DNA from: Terriglobia bacterium
GTDB lineage: Bacteria > Acidobacteriota > Terriglobia > Acidiferrales > UBA7541
Reading direction: 5' to 3'
Length of the DNA stretch: 64,000 bases
Assembly: GCA_041497315.1 (NCBI GenBank)
Contig: JBGQGH010000002.1
Location: 4,270-68,269, forward strand
The notes under the pieces are model-generated. The model was not told where the DNA came from. It made no database searches and saw nothing but the letters and a program-made list of their open reading frames with translations. Positions 10,086 to 18,762 of this stretch are shown here, one piece after another; within the stretch, counting starts at the first letter, position 1, and each line of letters opens with the position of its first letter. A program made the position numbers and the translations under genes.

Positions 10086-10637
10086 ATGTCTCCCGAGATT
10101 TCACCAGACCCGGCTGCCGTCATCGCCAATCCGTTCACCTCCGCCGATGTGGCCGCAATTCTGCGCGAGCGCGGCTGGCTGGATGACACTTCGACCGGCG
10201 CGCCACTAGAGGCATGGCTGGCGCTGGCAGCCGCGTTGCTCGGCCCGCAATCTGCGGCTCGCGCGGCGCTGGCGGAACTGCTGAGCCTGGTATTCGTTTA
10301 CGACGCTCGCGCCATCCTCGCAGCGAGCGGGAGCCATCTTGTCCTCGCCCGCGAAGGCGCCCGGGAAGTAATCCGCGAGTTGGCTCTGCTGATCCTCGAC
10401 GGAGCCGAGGTGGATTCGGACCACTTCAAAGAGATCATCAACGCGCTGAAAGAAAAACTCGCCCATCGCGGACGCGAGCTTTTTTATCCCATTCGCCTCG
10501 CGCTGGCCGGACGAGCGGGGGAAGGCGCCCTCGACCGCGTGATCCTGCTGCTCGACAGCGCGTCCCATCTTTCGTTTCGCGTGCCGGTGAAAGGAACGCG
10601 CCGGCGCATGCTCGAATTCTGCGCGGCCCTCGAATGA
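10086..10637 (+). CDS. stand-alone glutamyl-tRNA synthetase C-terminal (anticodon-binding) domain-like protein
   Basis: The C-terminal RGRELFYPIRLALAGRAGEGALDRVILLLD matches the GltX tail pattern (K..LF.P.RvAltG...gP.l..il.llG). ATG at 10086. The stop overlaps the rlmB start (ATGA at 10634-10637). Confidence 0.55.
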   Translation: MSPEISPDPAAVIANPFTSADVAAILRERGWLDDTSTGAPLEAWLALAAALLGPQSAARAALAELLSLVFVYDARAILAASGSHLVLAREGAREVIRELALLILDGAEVDSDHFKEIINALKEKLAHRGRELFYPIRLALAGRAGEGALDRVILLLDSASHLSFRVPVKGTRRRMLEFCAALE

Positions 10638-11389
10638 ATACTCCGGCGATGAACAAGCTGACCGGGATCCATGCCGTGCGCGAGGCGCTCGAAGCCGGGC
10701 GCGCGATTGAACGCATCGCCATTGCCAGCGGACGTCACGGCGACCGCATCGAGGAGCTGGTCCAGCTCGCGCGTAGCAAAGGCGTGCCGGTGCGCTTCGA
10801 GGATCGCGCAAACGTGGATCGTCTGGCGGGCACGCGTGACAACCAGGGCGTAGTCGCGCTGGCCGCGGCGCGAAGCGCGCTCTCGCTCGAAGATCTTCTC
10901 GCGCAAGTTTCGCGCAAGGAGTCAAGCCAGGGGCTCATCGTGCTGCTCGACGGCATCGAAGATCCGCACAACCTCGGTGCGGTTGTCCGTACCGCGCTCG
11001 CCGCCGGAGCCGACGGCGTGGTCATCCCGGAGCGGCGCGCCGCGGGCCTCACCGAAACCGTCGCACGCGCCTCCGCCGGAGCCCTCGCACATCTTCCGGT
11101 CGCGCGCGTCACCAATCTGGTGCGCGCCATGGAAGAATTGAAGGAAGCGGGCTACTGGCTGGTGGGGCTCGACGAGCGCGCGGACAAGAAGTACACGGAG
11201 CAGGACTTCACCGGGCGCATCGGAATGGTGCTGGGCAACGAAGGCGAAGGTTTGCACGAACTGGTGCGCAAGCGCTGCGATTTCCTGGTTTCAATTCCCA
11301 CGACAGGGCCGGTTCGCTCGCTCAATGTTTCCGTCGCGGCCGGCGTGGTCCTTTTCGAAGTCGTCCGTCAACGGTCCGTCTCAAGCTAG
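10634..11389 (+). CDS. rlmB: 23S rRNA (guanosine-2'-O)-methyltransferase RlmB / TrmH-family
   Basis: Motifs IHAVREALEAGR, LDGIEDPHNLGAVVRTA, MVLGNEGEGL and IPTTGPVRSLNVSVAAGV. The listed 391-aa ORF is over-extended and the real start is ATG 10634. Confidence 0.85.
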   Translation: MNTPAMNKLTGIHAVREALEAGRAIERIAIASGRHGDRIEELVQLARSKGVPVRFEDRANVDRLAGTRDNQGVVALAAARSALSLEDLLAQVSRKESSQGLIVLLDGIEDPHNLGAVVRTALAAGADGVVIPERRAAGLTETVARASAGALAHLPVARVTNLVRAMEELKEAGYWLVGLDERADKKYTEQDFTGRIGMVLGNEGEGLHELVRKRCDFLVSIPTTGPVRSLNVSVAAGVVLFEVVRQRSVSS

Positions 11390-11400
11390 CGACGAGGGAT

Positions 11401-11766
11401 CTAGGGCCGGTTTAGCATCAGCCAATGTACGTACCGCAAGGCAACCAGGGCGTGCTCACCCCAATGAGTCAGGAAATCGAAGCGCAATTGCCAGAGTACA
11501 TCTGCTTTGGATGAACCCCTCTCTATAAGAGCAAGTCCATCCTGGATGTCGTCATATGTTTCGGCCAAATCTAGGCCCAAACTGCTTGCCACAGGCTCTT
11601 CCTCAAGGCTCGGATCGAAGACATGCCAGTGGATGTCAAGTTTTCCCAGCTTTGTTTGAATCTGATTGCCAAGCTTTGTGATCGTCTCTTGAGGCACCCC
11701 CTCGAAGCGATTCGCCTCAGAAGTATCGGGTTCTACCTCGGGAAGTCGCGCCGCTCCGCCCAACAA
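11401..11766 (-). CDS. DUF5063-like protein; the conserved N-terminus continues upstream to an ATG at 11898 but is interrupted by an in-frame TGA
   Basis: LDLAETYDDIQDG and THWGEHALVALRYVH match the DUF5063 patterns (DLADIYqDv ... yWGq.l...LRALH). A 100-nt sample (11521-11620) is 51% GC. Confidence 0.55.
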   Translation of the reverse strand: MLGGAARLPEVEPDTSEANRFEGVPQETITKLGNQIQTKLGKLDIHWHVFDPSLEEEPVASSLGLDLAETYDDIQDGLALIERGSSKADVLWQLRFDFLTHWGEHALVALRYVHWLMLNRP

Positions 11767-11905
11767 TTCAGGCGGGATTTCATGAAGCTGTCGTAACCAC
11801 TGAGGCAGGTCCGTTGTTTCTGTTCTGTCGATGATCGCGCAATACGCGCGCGCGGCTTTGCAGAAGGCCTGAACCTCGATGGGTCACTCACTGATCATTT
11901 GCCGC

Positions 11906-12427
11906 TCACTTGTCGTACTGCATCAGCGAAAAAACGTCCACGCCAGGCAGTTTCGACCGTCCATTCAGGAAACTCAGCTCCACAGCAAAACCCGCGCCGG
12001 CCACTTCCCCGCCCAGCTTGCGCACCAATTCCGCGGCGGCGGCCGCCGTGCCTCCCGTGGCCAGCAAATCATCGCAGATCAGCACGCGCTGCCCCGGCAG
12101 GATGGCGTCCTCGTGTACCTCGAGCGAATCGGTGCCGTACTCAAGCTGGTACGTGACCGCCGCCGTCTTCGCCGGCAATTTCTTGGGCTTGCGTATGGGC
12201 ACGAATCCTGCGCCGAGACGATACGCCAGCGCCGGCGCGAAAATAAATCCTCGCGCCTCGATTCCCACGACGATGTCCACCGGCTTTTTCTCGTAGTGGC
12301 GGCAAAGCTCGTCGATCAGCTTGTGAAAACCCTTCTTGTCCTTCAGCAGCGTGGTTAGGTCGTAAAAAAGTATGCCCGGCTTGGGCCAGTCGGGTACTTC
12401 GCGAATCAGCTTCTTGAGATCGTTCAT
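11906..12427 (-). CDS. apt: adenine phosphoribosyltransferase
   Basis: Motifs [28 protein letters not shown] and [14 protein letters not shown]. Confidence 0.95.
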   Translation of the reverse strand: MNDLKKLIREVPDWPKPGILFYDLTTLLKDKKGFHKLIDELCRHYEKKPVDIVVGIEARGFIFAPALAYRLGAGFVPIRKPKKLPAKTAAVTYQLEYGTDSLEVHEDAILPGQRVLICDDLLATGGTAAAAAELVRKLGGEVAGAGFAVELSFLNGRSKLPGVDVFSLMQYDK

Positions 12428-12454
12428 TCGCTCGCCCTTTCTTGTGCTTCGGGT

Positions 12455-12739
12455 TTACCAGCCGTCTTCAATGCGGAAGCCTCCGGCATATTCCTGCAGA
12501 ATCTCTTCATCCATTTCGCCCACTTCATCCACCGAAGCGGCGCGCGGGCCGCGCTTCAGCTCGCCGCGCATCGCGCGAAGCTGCTTCTCGGTCCCGATGG
12601 CGTAAACCTCCACGCGGCCGTCCGGCAAATTTTTAACGTAGCCCGCGATTCCCAGGCGTTCGGCCACGCGCTGGGCGAAAAAGCGAAAGCCCACTCCCTG
12701 TACCATGCCGGAGATGTAGAACCGTCTGGCTTGCAGCAT
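12455..12739 (-). CDS. acyP: acylphosphatase
   Basis: Motif ISGMVQGVGFRFFAQRVAERLGIAGYVKNLPDGRVEV. Length is 94 aa. Confidence 0.9.
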   Translation of the reverse strand: MLQARRFYISGMVQGVGFRFFAQRVAERLGIAGYVKNLPDGRVEVYAIGTEKQLRAMRGELKRGPRAASVDEVGEMDEEILQEYAGGFRIEDGW

Positions 12740-12846
12740 CGCTCGTCGGGCCGAGGCGGGATTCTACCAGAGCTTTCCGTCGCTCGCCGCTGCGAATCCC
12801 GCCCCCTGTCGAAATGTGCGTGTGCGTCGTGTAAGATTCTCGGACT

Positions 12847-15800
12847 GTGCTTGGGCCATGGGTACCAGGAAAAAACCTTCTCCAAATCTGCGCACTCAGT
12901 GTTCTTGTGTTCCTCGCCGCGAGCGGAATCAACCCTCGCGCAGCGGCGCGATCCGATGATCCCCCAGCGCCCGCCCCGGCCGGCGCGGTACAAATCGTCA
13001 CGCATGGCGGGTATCCCGAACTCCGCGTGGACGGCGCGCCCTTCTTCATCCACGGCGCCAAGTTCGATTACTTTCGCATCCCGCGCGATTTATGGGAAAG
13101 CTCGCTCGACCGCTACCGCGAACTGGGCATCAACACGATTGACTTGGCCATACCCTGGAACTGGCACCAGCCCCGCGAAAATGAATTTGATTTTGACGGC
13201 CACACCAACCCGCGGCGCGATCTTCGCGCCCTGCTGCGCCTGATTGCCGAGAAAAAACTCCACCTCATTGTGCGCGTGGCTCCGGTAATCCGTTCGCATT
13301 GGCGCCACGGCGGCTATCCGGAATGGCTCCTGGCGCGGCCCGAATTCAAAATGGACGCCGCCGCTCGCGCCGCGGGGCGCATGCCGCCGCTCGCCGAAAA
13401 AGAAGCGCGCGATGCGGACGCAGCCGCCCGCTCCTGGATGGACAATGCCGCGCACATGGCCGCTCTGCGCGCCTGGCTCACCGCTCTCGCGCGCGAACTT
13501 GCCCCCTACAGCGCCACGCGCAAGGTGCACATCACCGAGTCTGGCGAAAAGCCCGAAGACAAACGCGAAATCGAAATCAGCGGACCCCTCCTTTTCGTTC
13601 AACTGGACGAGAGTCCCGGCCTTGCCTCCCTCCCGGACTGCGCCCAGTTCTGGCGATACATCGAGTCGCTTCGCCAACTCCTCCAAACCGGTGGCGTTGA
13701 CTCAATCTATCTGGTAAATCCCGTGACTCCGGATGCCCCGGCGTTGCCTTGTGCTCCACCGGCCGATTCACATGTGTTTTTAAGTGGCCGGTGGAATCCC
13801 CTTTCGCAAACGCAATCGAGAGAACAGCAATCCCCCGGCCTACCCGCGCCGCGCAAACTCACTGGCGCAGATGCATCCTCGATTGATCTGCTGGCGCAGC
13901 TCCTCCAGCGGCAAGAGAGCGTTCCTTCTCTGGTGAGCGACTTCCAGCCCGGCACGTTTGCTCCCGGAGACGACGTGCGCCCGCCGGCGATCTCTCCGTT
14001 TAATACGCTGCTCAGCTCGCGCCTGCTTTTCGCCCAAGGCATCCAGGGACTCGAATACGCGCCGCTACAGGACACTCTCTCTCCAGCGGGCTACGAGGTA
14101 CCGGAAGCGAACCGCTACTACCGTTGGGATGCCGCGCTGAGCCTTTCCGGCCGGCACCAACCGCAATCCATCGGAGTCGCTCGCAACTCGGAGCTGGTTG
14201 AAGGTTGGGGTGCGTTCCTCGCGGCTTCGCACATGCGCGCTGATTTCGCGCTGGCCGATCCGCACAATGCGGCGCAGCCGCTCGCCCGGATCAAGCGCGT
14301 CGCCACGCTCGCCGGATTGAGCGCCGACCGCGTGGATCCGGATTCGCAGCCGCTCGACGTTCTGCTGCGCTATTCCGCCGTATTTCTGCCGGTGCAAGGC
14401 GCGACCGGCCAGAGGTTTGAGCTTCCCGCAGCCGCACAGTCGAAACTCGTGGAATACGTCCGCCGGGGCGGCACGCTGGTCAGCTTTCCGGGCCAGCCAG
14501 CCGGCGGCGCGCTGGAAGAACTCTGGCGCTCCGCTCCGCCAGCGGCCGCAAGTGAATCCGCGCCCCCCTTGTCTGCGTTTCGGTTTGGTGAAGGGCGCGT
14601 CATCATATGGCCGGAAAATTCTTTCTCCGGCGCTGCCCTCCAACAGGTCCTCGGAATCGCGGGCATAGAGCCGACCGTGAAGCGCAAGGATTCCGCGCTG
14701 CTTGTCATCCAGCGGATCAGCCACGCAGGCACCGGCTTGTTCGGCGCGCGTCCTCCGGCGTGCGCACCGGGAGATTCCGCGCGGGATTCGTTCGGGCCCA
14801 TCTGCAATCGCGGGCTATTGAGCGTCACCAATCTGAATTACGATGCCGCCGCCGAGGAGCATCTCGAGGTGCTTTCGCCCCGCGCGGGTGTGCGCGGATC
14901 GGCGGACGACTACCTCGCGCTCGACGTCCAAATCCCCGCCCACGAATCCCTACTGCTGCCGCTCCACGCCCCGCTTTGCGGCGACGACCAGGGCGAAAAA
15001 TGCGAGGATGAAGTCGTCATCGCCGGCGCCGAATTGCTCCGCGCCGAGCGCGATGGCAAAGCGCTCCTACTCATGTTTTATACGCCCGCGCGCGCCACCA
15101 TTCTGCTGCGTCTGGAGAGCCGCCCAACAAAAATCTCCATTGGCGACATCAATCTCGAGGGCCAATGGACGACGGACACGCATCTCCTCGAGGTCTCTCT
15201 CCCCCGCGGCGCTTCGCCGAGCTTCCTTCGGGAGCTGACGATCCACCTCAAGTACGTTCCTCACGTCCCCGTTCGGCCAGATCCGGAAAAGCGTCCTCGC
15301 AGTAACTTCGACGCCAGAGTCGTAAACGCCATCCCTTTGCCGCTAGGGGAAGACGCTTCGTTGCCCAGCTATCCGCCGCTCGTGCTCCTCGGCCTCGACC
15401 GCAAAGGAGCGCTGCTCTACCAGGCGGAAAATCACGACGTGATGGGACGCGATCTCAGTATGAAGATTGAAGGCGCGATCCGCGGCTCCGGCCGGATGGG
15501 ACTCGATGCGCACGAGGTGCGGCAGGAGCTCATCAACGTCAGCCCGCCCGCGAATTCCTCAGGCAACTCTTCCGGAGATGCCGGTGCTCCGCCGCCCAAT
15601 GCCGACGGCACCTATACTTCCGAATTGCTGGCGCATTCCGGCCGCTTCGAACGCAAGACCCCGGTCAGCTTCGTGGCGCTGGGCCCAGATTTGCCGGTGC
15701 TCTACAGATATGATTTCGACCGCGACTCCGCGAAGGAGTGGGTGCTCGAAAACTTCCACCTGCGCCTGATTGTTTCTCCGGAAGATGGTGGCCGCGCCTT

Positions 15801-16446
15801 GGCCCTGGTTGACAAGTTCACGGGAGCCAATCTCATCACGCCCATCGGCGCTCTGCGCGACCTTTTCGCCGTCCGCACTCCGCCGGGCAACCCCACCGCC
15901 GAGCGCGACATCACCTTCAACCGCGCTTACGCTGCCGAGCGAATCGAAGAACAGAAGAAACCCGGGCTCCGCCTGCATTATCGCGCCCCAGCGGTTGAAG
16001 CCGGCGACGCAGAGATCGAAAAGACCCTCCGGATTACGGACAAGGATACCGTCGAGGCCGAGTATCGCGTGTCTCTCTCCAGTTCGGCGGACGCCGCGCC
16101 ATCGCTGGTGGTGATGACTTCGGTTCCCGCGCAGGTGGGCGGCGATCGGGGCACGCGCTTCTGCTGGCAGCCGCCCGAAACTCCAACTGCGAAAGAGAAT
16201 GCACCTGTGGCGCATTGCGAAGCTTTCGTCCCTGGCGCCACTCCGCTCGCGCTGCCTGCCGGCGTCTATCGGATTGAGGTCCGCACTCCCGGCCAGCCGA
16301 CCCTGGCCATTTCCTGCGAGCAAGCCCGCCTGCGCATTGAGCCGAAAACGTTTTCGGCATTGCTGAAGCTCGAGTTCCCGGTGATTGCAACGGGAGGCGG
16401 GGCGAGCCGCTTCCTATTGCGCTACACTATTCTTTCGGCGGAGTGA
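12847..16446 (+). CDS. large secreted protein with an N-terminal glycoside hydrolase family 35/42-like (beta-galactosidase-like) domain
   Basis: Signal-like N-terminus. FDYFRIPRDLWESSLDRYRELGINTIDLAIPWNWHQPRENEFDFDG ... LIVRVAPVIRSHWRHGGYPEWLL resembles the GH35 N-terminal TIM-barrel pattern. I do not recognise the remaining ~900 aa. Confidence 0.6.
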   Translation: MLGPWVPGKNLLQICALSVLVFLAASGINPRAAARSDDPPAPAPAGAVQIVTHGGYPELRVDGAPFFIHGAKFDYFRIPRDLWESSLDRYRELGINTIDLAIPWNWHQPRENEFDFDGHTNPRRDLRALLRLIAEKKLHLIVRVAPVIRSHWRHGGYPEWLLARPEFKMDAAARAAGRMPPLAEKEARDADAAARSWMDNAAHMAALRAWLTALARELAPYSATRKVHITESGEKPEDKREIEISGPLLFVQLDESPGLASLPDCAQFWRYIESLRQLLQTGGVDSIYLVNPVTPDAPALPCAPPADSHVFLSGRWNPLSQTQSREQQSPGLPAPRKLTGADASSIDLLAQLLQRQESVPSLVSDFQPGTFAPGDDVRPPAISPFNTLLSSRLLFAQGIQGLEYAPLQDTLSPAGYEVPEANRYYRWDAALSLSGRHQPQSIGVARNSELVEGWGAFLAASHMRADFALADPHNAAQPLARIKRVATLAGLSADRVDPDSQPLDVLLRYSAVFLPVQGATGQRFELPAAAQSKLVEYVRRGGTLVSFPGQPAGGALEELWRSAPPAAASESAPPLSAFRFGEGRVIIWPENSFSGAALQQVLGIAGIEPTVKRKDSALLVIQRISHAGTGLFGARPPACAPGDSARDSFGPICNRGLLSVTNLNYDAAAEEHLEVLSPRAGVRGSADDYLALDVQIPAHESLLLPLHAPLCGDDQGEKCEDEVVIAGAELLRAERDGKALLLMFYTPARATILLRLESRPTKISIGDINLEGQWTTDTHLLEVSLPRGASPSFLRELTIHLKYVPHVPVRPDPEKRPRSNFDARVVNAIPLPLGEDASLPSYPPLVLLGLDRKGALLYQAENHDVMGRDLSMKIEGAIRGSGRMGLDAHEVRQELINVSPPANSSGNSSGDAGAPPPNADGTYTSELLAHSGRFERKTPVSFVALGPDLPVLYRYDFDRDSAKEWVLENFHLRLIVSPEDGGRALALVDKFTGANLITPIGALRDLFAVRTPPGNPTAERDITFNRAYAAERIEEQKKPGLRLHYRAPAVEAGDAEIEKTLRITDKDTVEAEYRVSLSSSADAAPSLVVMTSVPAQVGGDRGTRFCWQPPETPTAKENAPVAHCEAFVPGATPLALPAGVYRIEVRTPGQPTLAISCEQARLRIEPKTFSALLKLEFPVIATGGGASRFLLRYTILSAE

Positions 16447-16516
16447 GCGAGGCTGCGCGCGCCGGCCGCGGATGAAATCCGATGACCCTGGGTCGGTTCG
16501 GCGCATCTAACCCAGC

Positions 16517-17362
16517 GTGCAAAGAAACATGACTCTCAAAACGCGCATTGCCTTGACGGCAATTCTCATCTCGATCTCCCTGGGGATCGGCGCCGCCAGC
16601 CTCGCCGCGCAGGCCAAGCAGGGCCCGCTGCCGCCTCCCGCCGAAGGCAAAGTAATCAAGATTCCCGCCGGCCCCGGTAAGGTGGAGGCGCCGCCCGTCC
16701 CGCCCGAAGAAATCATTCGTGCGTTTACGCAGAAGGAAGAGGTTTTCCTGCAGGCGCGCGCCGGCTACTCCTTCCAAAAAACAGTCCGCATCGTCGAATA
16801 CGGCGAGGACGGCAAGTCCGTGGGAGAGTTTCAGTACACCACCGAAGGCAAGATCAATTCCGACGGCAACTACTACGAGCGCATCGTCAAACGCCCTGAT
16901 GGCGAACTGCCGGATCTGGTCCTCCAGCCCGAAGATTTGGAGATCCTGTGGCGCGCGCCGCTCTTCCCCTTCATCCCCACCCAGGCCGCGAAGTACGTCC
17001 TGACTTATAGCGGCAAACAGCAGGTGGACGAGCTGAACACTTACGTCTTTCAGGTGAAGCCGCGCCAGGTGGACCGCGCGCACGCCTATCTGGATGGCCT
17101 CGTCTGGGTGGACGATCGCGACCTCAGCATTGTGAAGGTGTACGGCAAGTGGATTACGGAGACCGGCGCCGTTTCCACGCCGGAGGTGCCCTTCACGTTT
17201 TTCGAAACGTATCGCGAGAACGTGGATGGCAAATACTGGTTCCCCGCCTACGTTCGCTCGGACGCCATGCTGAAATTGAGAAACCGCGAAGTGCCGCTGC
17301 GCCTCACCATCCGCTGGACGGATTACAAGCCCTTCACGGCGCCGCCCGCCAAGAATCCCTAG
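16517..17362 (+). CDS. LolA-fold outer-membrane lipoprotein-sorting-like protein
   Basis: Signal peptide, then YSGKQQVDELNTYVFQVKPRQ ... YLDGLVWVDDRDLSIVKVYGK ... DGKYWFPAY, typical of LolA_like family members. Confidence 0.5.
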   Translation: MQRNMTLKTRIALTAILISISLGIGAASLAAQAKQGPLPPPAEGKVIKIPAGPGKVEAPPVPPEEIIRAFTQKEEVFLQARAGYSFQKTVRIVEYGEDGKSVGEFQYTTEGKINSDGNYYERIVKRPDGELPDLVLQPEDLEILWRAPLFPFIPTQAAKYVLTYSGKQQVDELNTYVFQVKPRQVDRAHAYLDGLVWVDDRDLSIVKVYGKWITETGAVSTPEVPFTFFETYRENVDGKYWFPAYVRSDAMLKLRNREVPLRLTIRWTDYKPFTAPPAKNP

Positions 17363-18018
17363 AACCGCGCACCGCGCAAGAGTCCCGGCAATTCCCCGAT
17401 GGATCGAAGCAACGCGCAGGGCTGTGCCGCGCGCAGGCGTTGGTGCGTGGGGAAGGGTCCCAGCACGGCGATCGTGCGCACCCCGGCCCGCCGGGCCATC
17501 TGGATGTCTTCGGGCGCGTCGCCGACGTATACACTCTCCCGCGGAGAGAGCCGCATCCGCCGCAGCGCGAGTTGAATGGGAGCAGGATTGGGTTTGCGGC
17601 GTCGCGCGTCCTCGCTGCAGACGCAGGCTGCAAACATTTTCGTCAGGCGGAATCGCCGGACCTGTGCGTGCACCCGCGAGCGGTCACCGCTGGTGACGAC
17701 CCCGAGTTCGAAGCGGGGCTTCAGCGCGCTCAGGACCCGCCGCGCGCCGCGCATCAGATCGGGCTCGTGCCGCCCGTAAAAATCCCGCCAGAGGCGATCC
17801 GCTTCGTCCCACCGTGATTCGGGGATTCCCGCCGCGCGATACACGCGATACCAGTCCGGCGAGTAGTGCCGTGCCAACTCCTCTTCACCCCAGTCCACGC
17901 CCATTTCCTTGAATAGGGCCAGGTAGGCCTGCGCGTCGGCGTGATAGGAATCAACCAGCGTGCCGTCCCAGTCGAGAAGGACGGCACGGATCGTGACTGC
18001 AGAGGAACACAAACTCAT
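17359..18018 (-). CDS. HAD-superfamily hydrolase (phosphoglycolate phosphatase-like)
   Basis: Motif I VLLDWDGTLVDS, VVTSG, K...P..., and YVGDAPEDIQMARRAG. Confidence 0.8.
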   Translation of the reverse strand: MSLCSSAVTIRAVLLDWDGTLVDSYHADAQAYLALFKEMGVDWGEEELARHYSPDWYRVYRAAGIPESRWDEADRLWRDFYGRHEPDLMRGARRVLSALKPRFELGVVTSGDRSRVHAQVRRFRLTKMFAACVCSEDARRRKPNPAPIQLALRRMRLSPRESVYVGDAPEDIQMARRAGVRTIAVLGPFPTHQRLRAAQPCALLRSIGELPGLLRGARF

Positions 18019-18076
18019 CTTCGCGGATCGAGTGATCTCGGAGGAATGTTAGCAGATTTGTGGAGCGCGGGACGCC

Positions 18077-18607
18077 TCAGCGCTCTTGATAACGCAGGGG
18101 AACGGCATCGTCCCGGTGGAACGTGATTTCGTTGAACGACACTCCCAGGCCGTAGAAACCTTCCAGTTCCGCCGCCTCCACGCGCACCACTTCAGCCTGC
18201 GTGATCATGTGCACGGTGCCTCGGCCGCGCGGGCGCTCCACCAGGTTGATCTCCAACTCGATCGGAGTGCCCGGCTCGATGGCTCGCGGTGAAAGAAAAT
18301 AGACGCCGCTCGAGCTGATGTTCACCGTTGCCAGCACCGTGTCCGCGGGTTCGCGCTGGCCTGCCACACGCTTCACCCGCAGAGGCAAGGAGAGCTCCGC
18401 GCGAGGATAATCGCGGCGCTCATTCGGCACGCTCACCACATGGGTGGGCACATGCGCGAATTTTCTCGTCCTGGCCAGCTTGTAAGGCGTGGCGGAGCGT
18501 GGGTTTTCCGATCGCCGGGCGGGCGAAGCGGCAGGCGGCTCGAGGATTTCGAGCGCCCCCTTGGATGGCGCCAACTTTATCTGTCGTGGGTTTTTCGCAG
18601 CGGGCAT
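18077..18607 (-). CDS. PilZ domain protein
   Basis: RRDYPRAELSLPLRV ... NISSSGVYF, a PilZ-type RxxxR / D.S..G pattern. Confidence 0.7.
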   Translation of the reverse strand: MPAAKNPRQIKLAPSKGALEILEPPAASPARRSENPRSATPYKLARTRKFAHVPTHVVSVPNERRDYPRAELSLPLRVKRVAGQREPADTVLATVNISSSGVYFLSPRAIEPGTPIELEINLVERPRGRGTVHMITQAEVVRVEAAELEGFYGLGVSFNEITFHRDDAVPLRYQER

Positions 18608-18762
18608 GGCTCTCCCCTTGAATCGCGACCGCTCCTGCCGCTGCGACGCACACTATCGCCTGTGACTCAGGGGGGCGTCAATTGAGCTTCTGTGGCGCTT
18701 GTCCTAAGGGGTAACGATTGCAGGTGGCTGTGCAGGCTCTATTCAGTGGCGCAGGGAAAATT

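Noticed and set aside
10214-10633. The N-terminal 140 aa of the listed 391-aa ORF 10214-11389.
   Set aside because: It is an Arg/Pro-rich out-of-frame overlap with the GltX-C-like gene. The TrmH/RlmB homology begins at the ATG at 10634, which overlaps the upstream stop.
11884-11886. The in-frame TGA of the DUF5063-like gene read as selenocysteine or recoding.
   Set aside because: There is no SECIS-like hairpin immediately downstream that I can see. There are no sel genes in the window, and the position is a non-conserved N-terminal residue. A nonsense mutation or sequencing error is more parsimonious.
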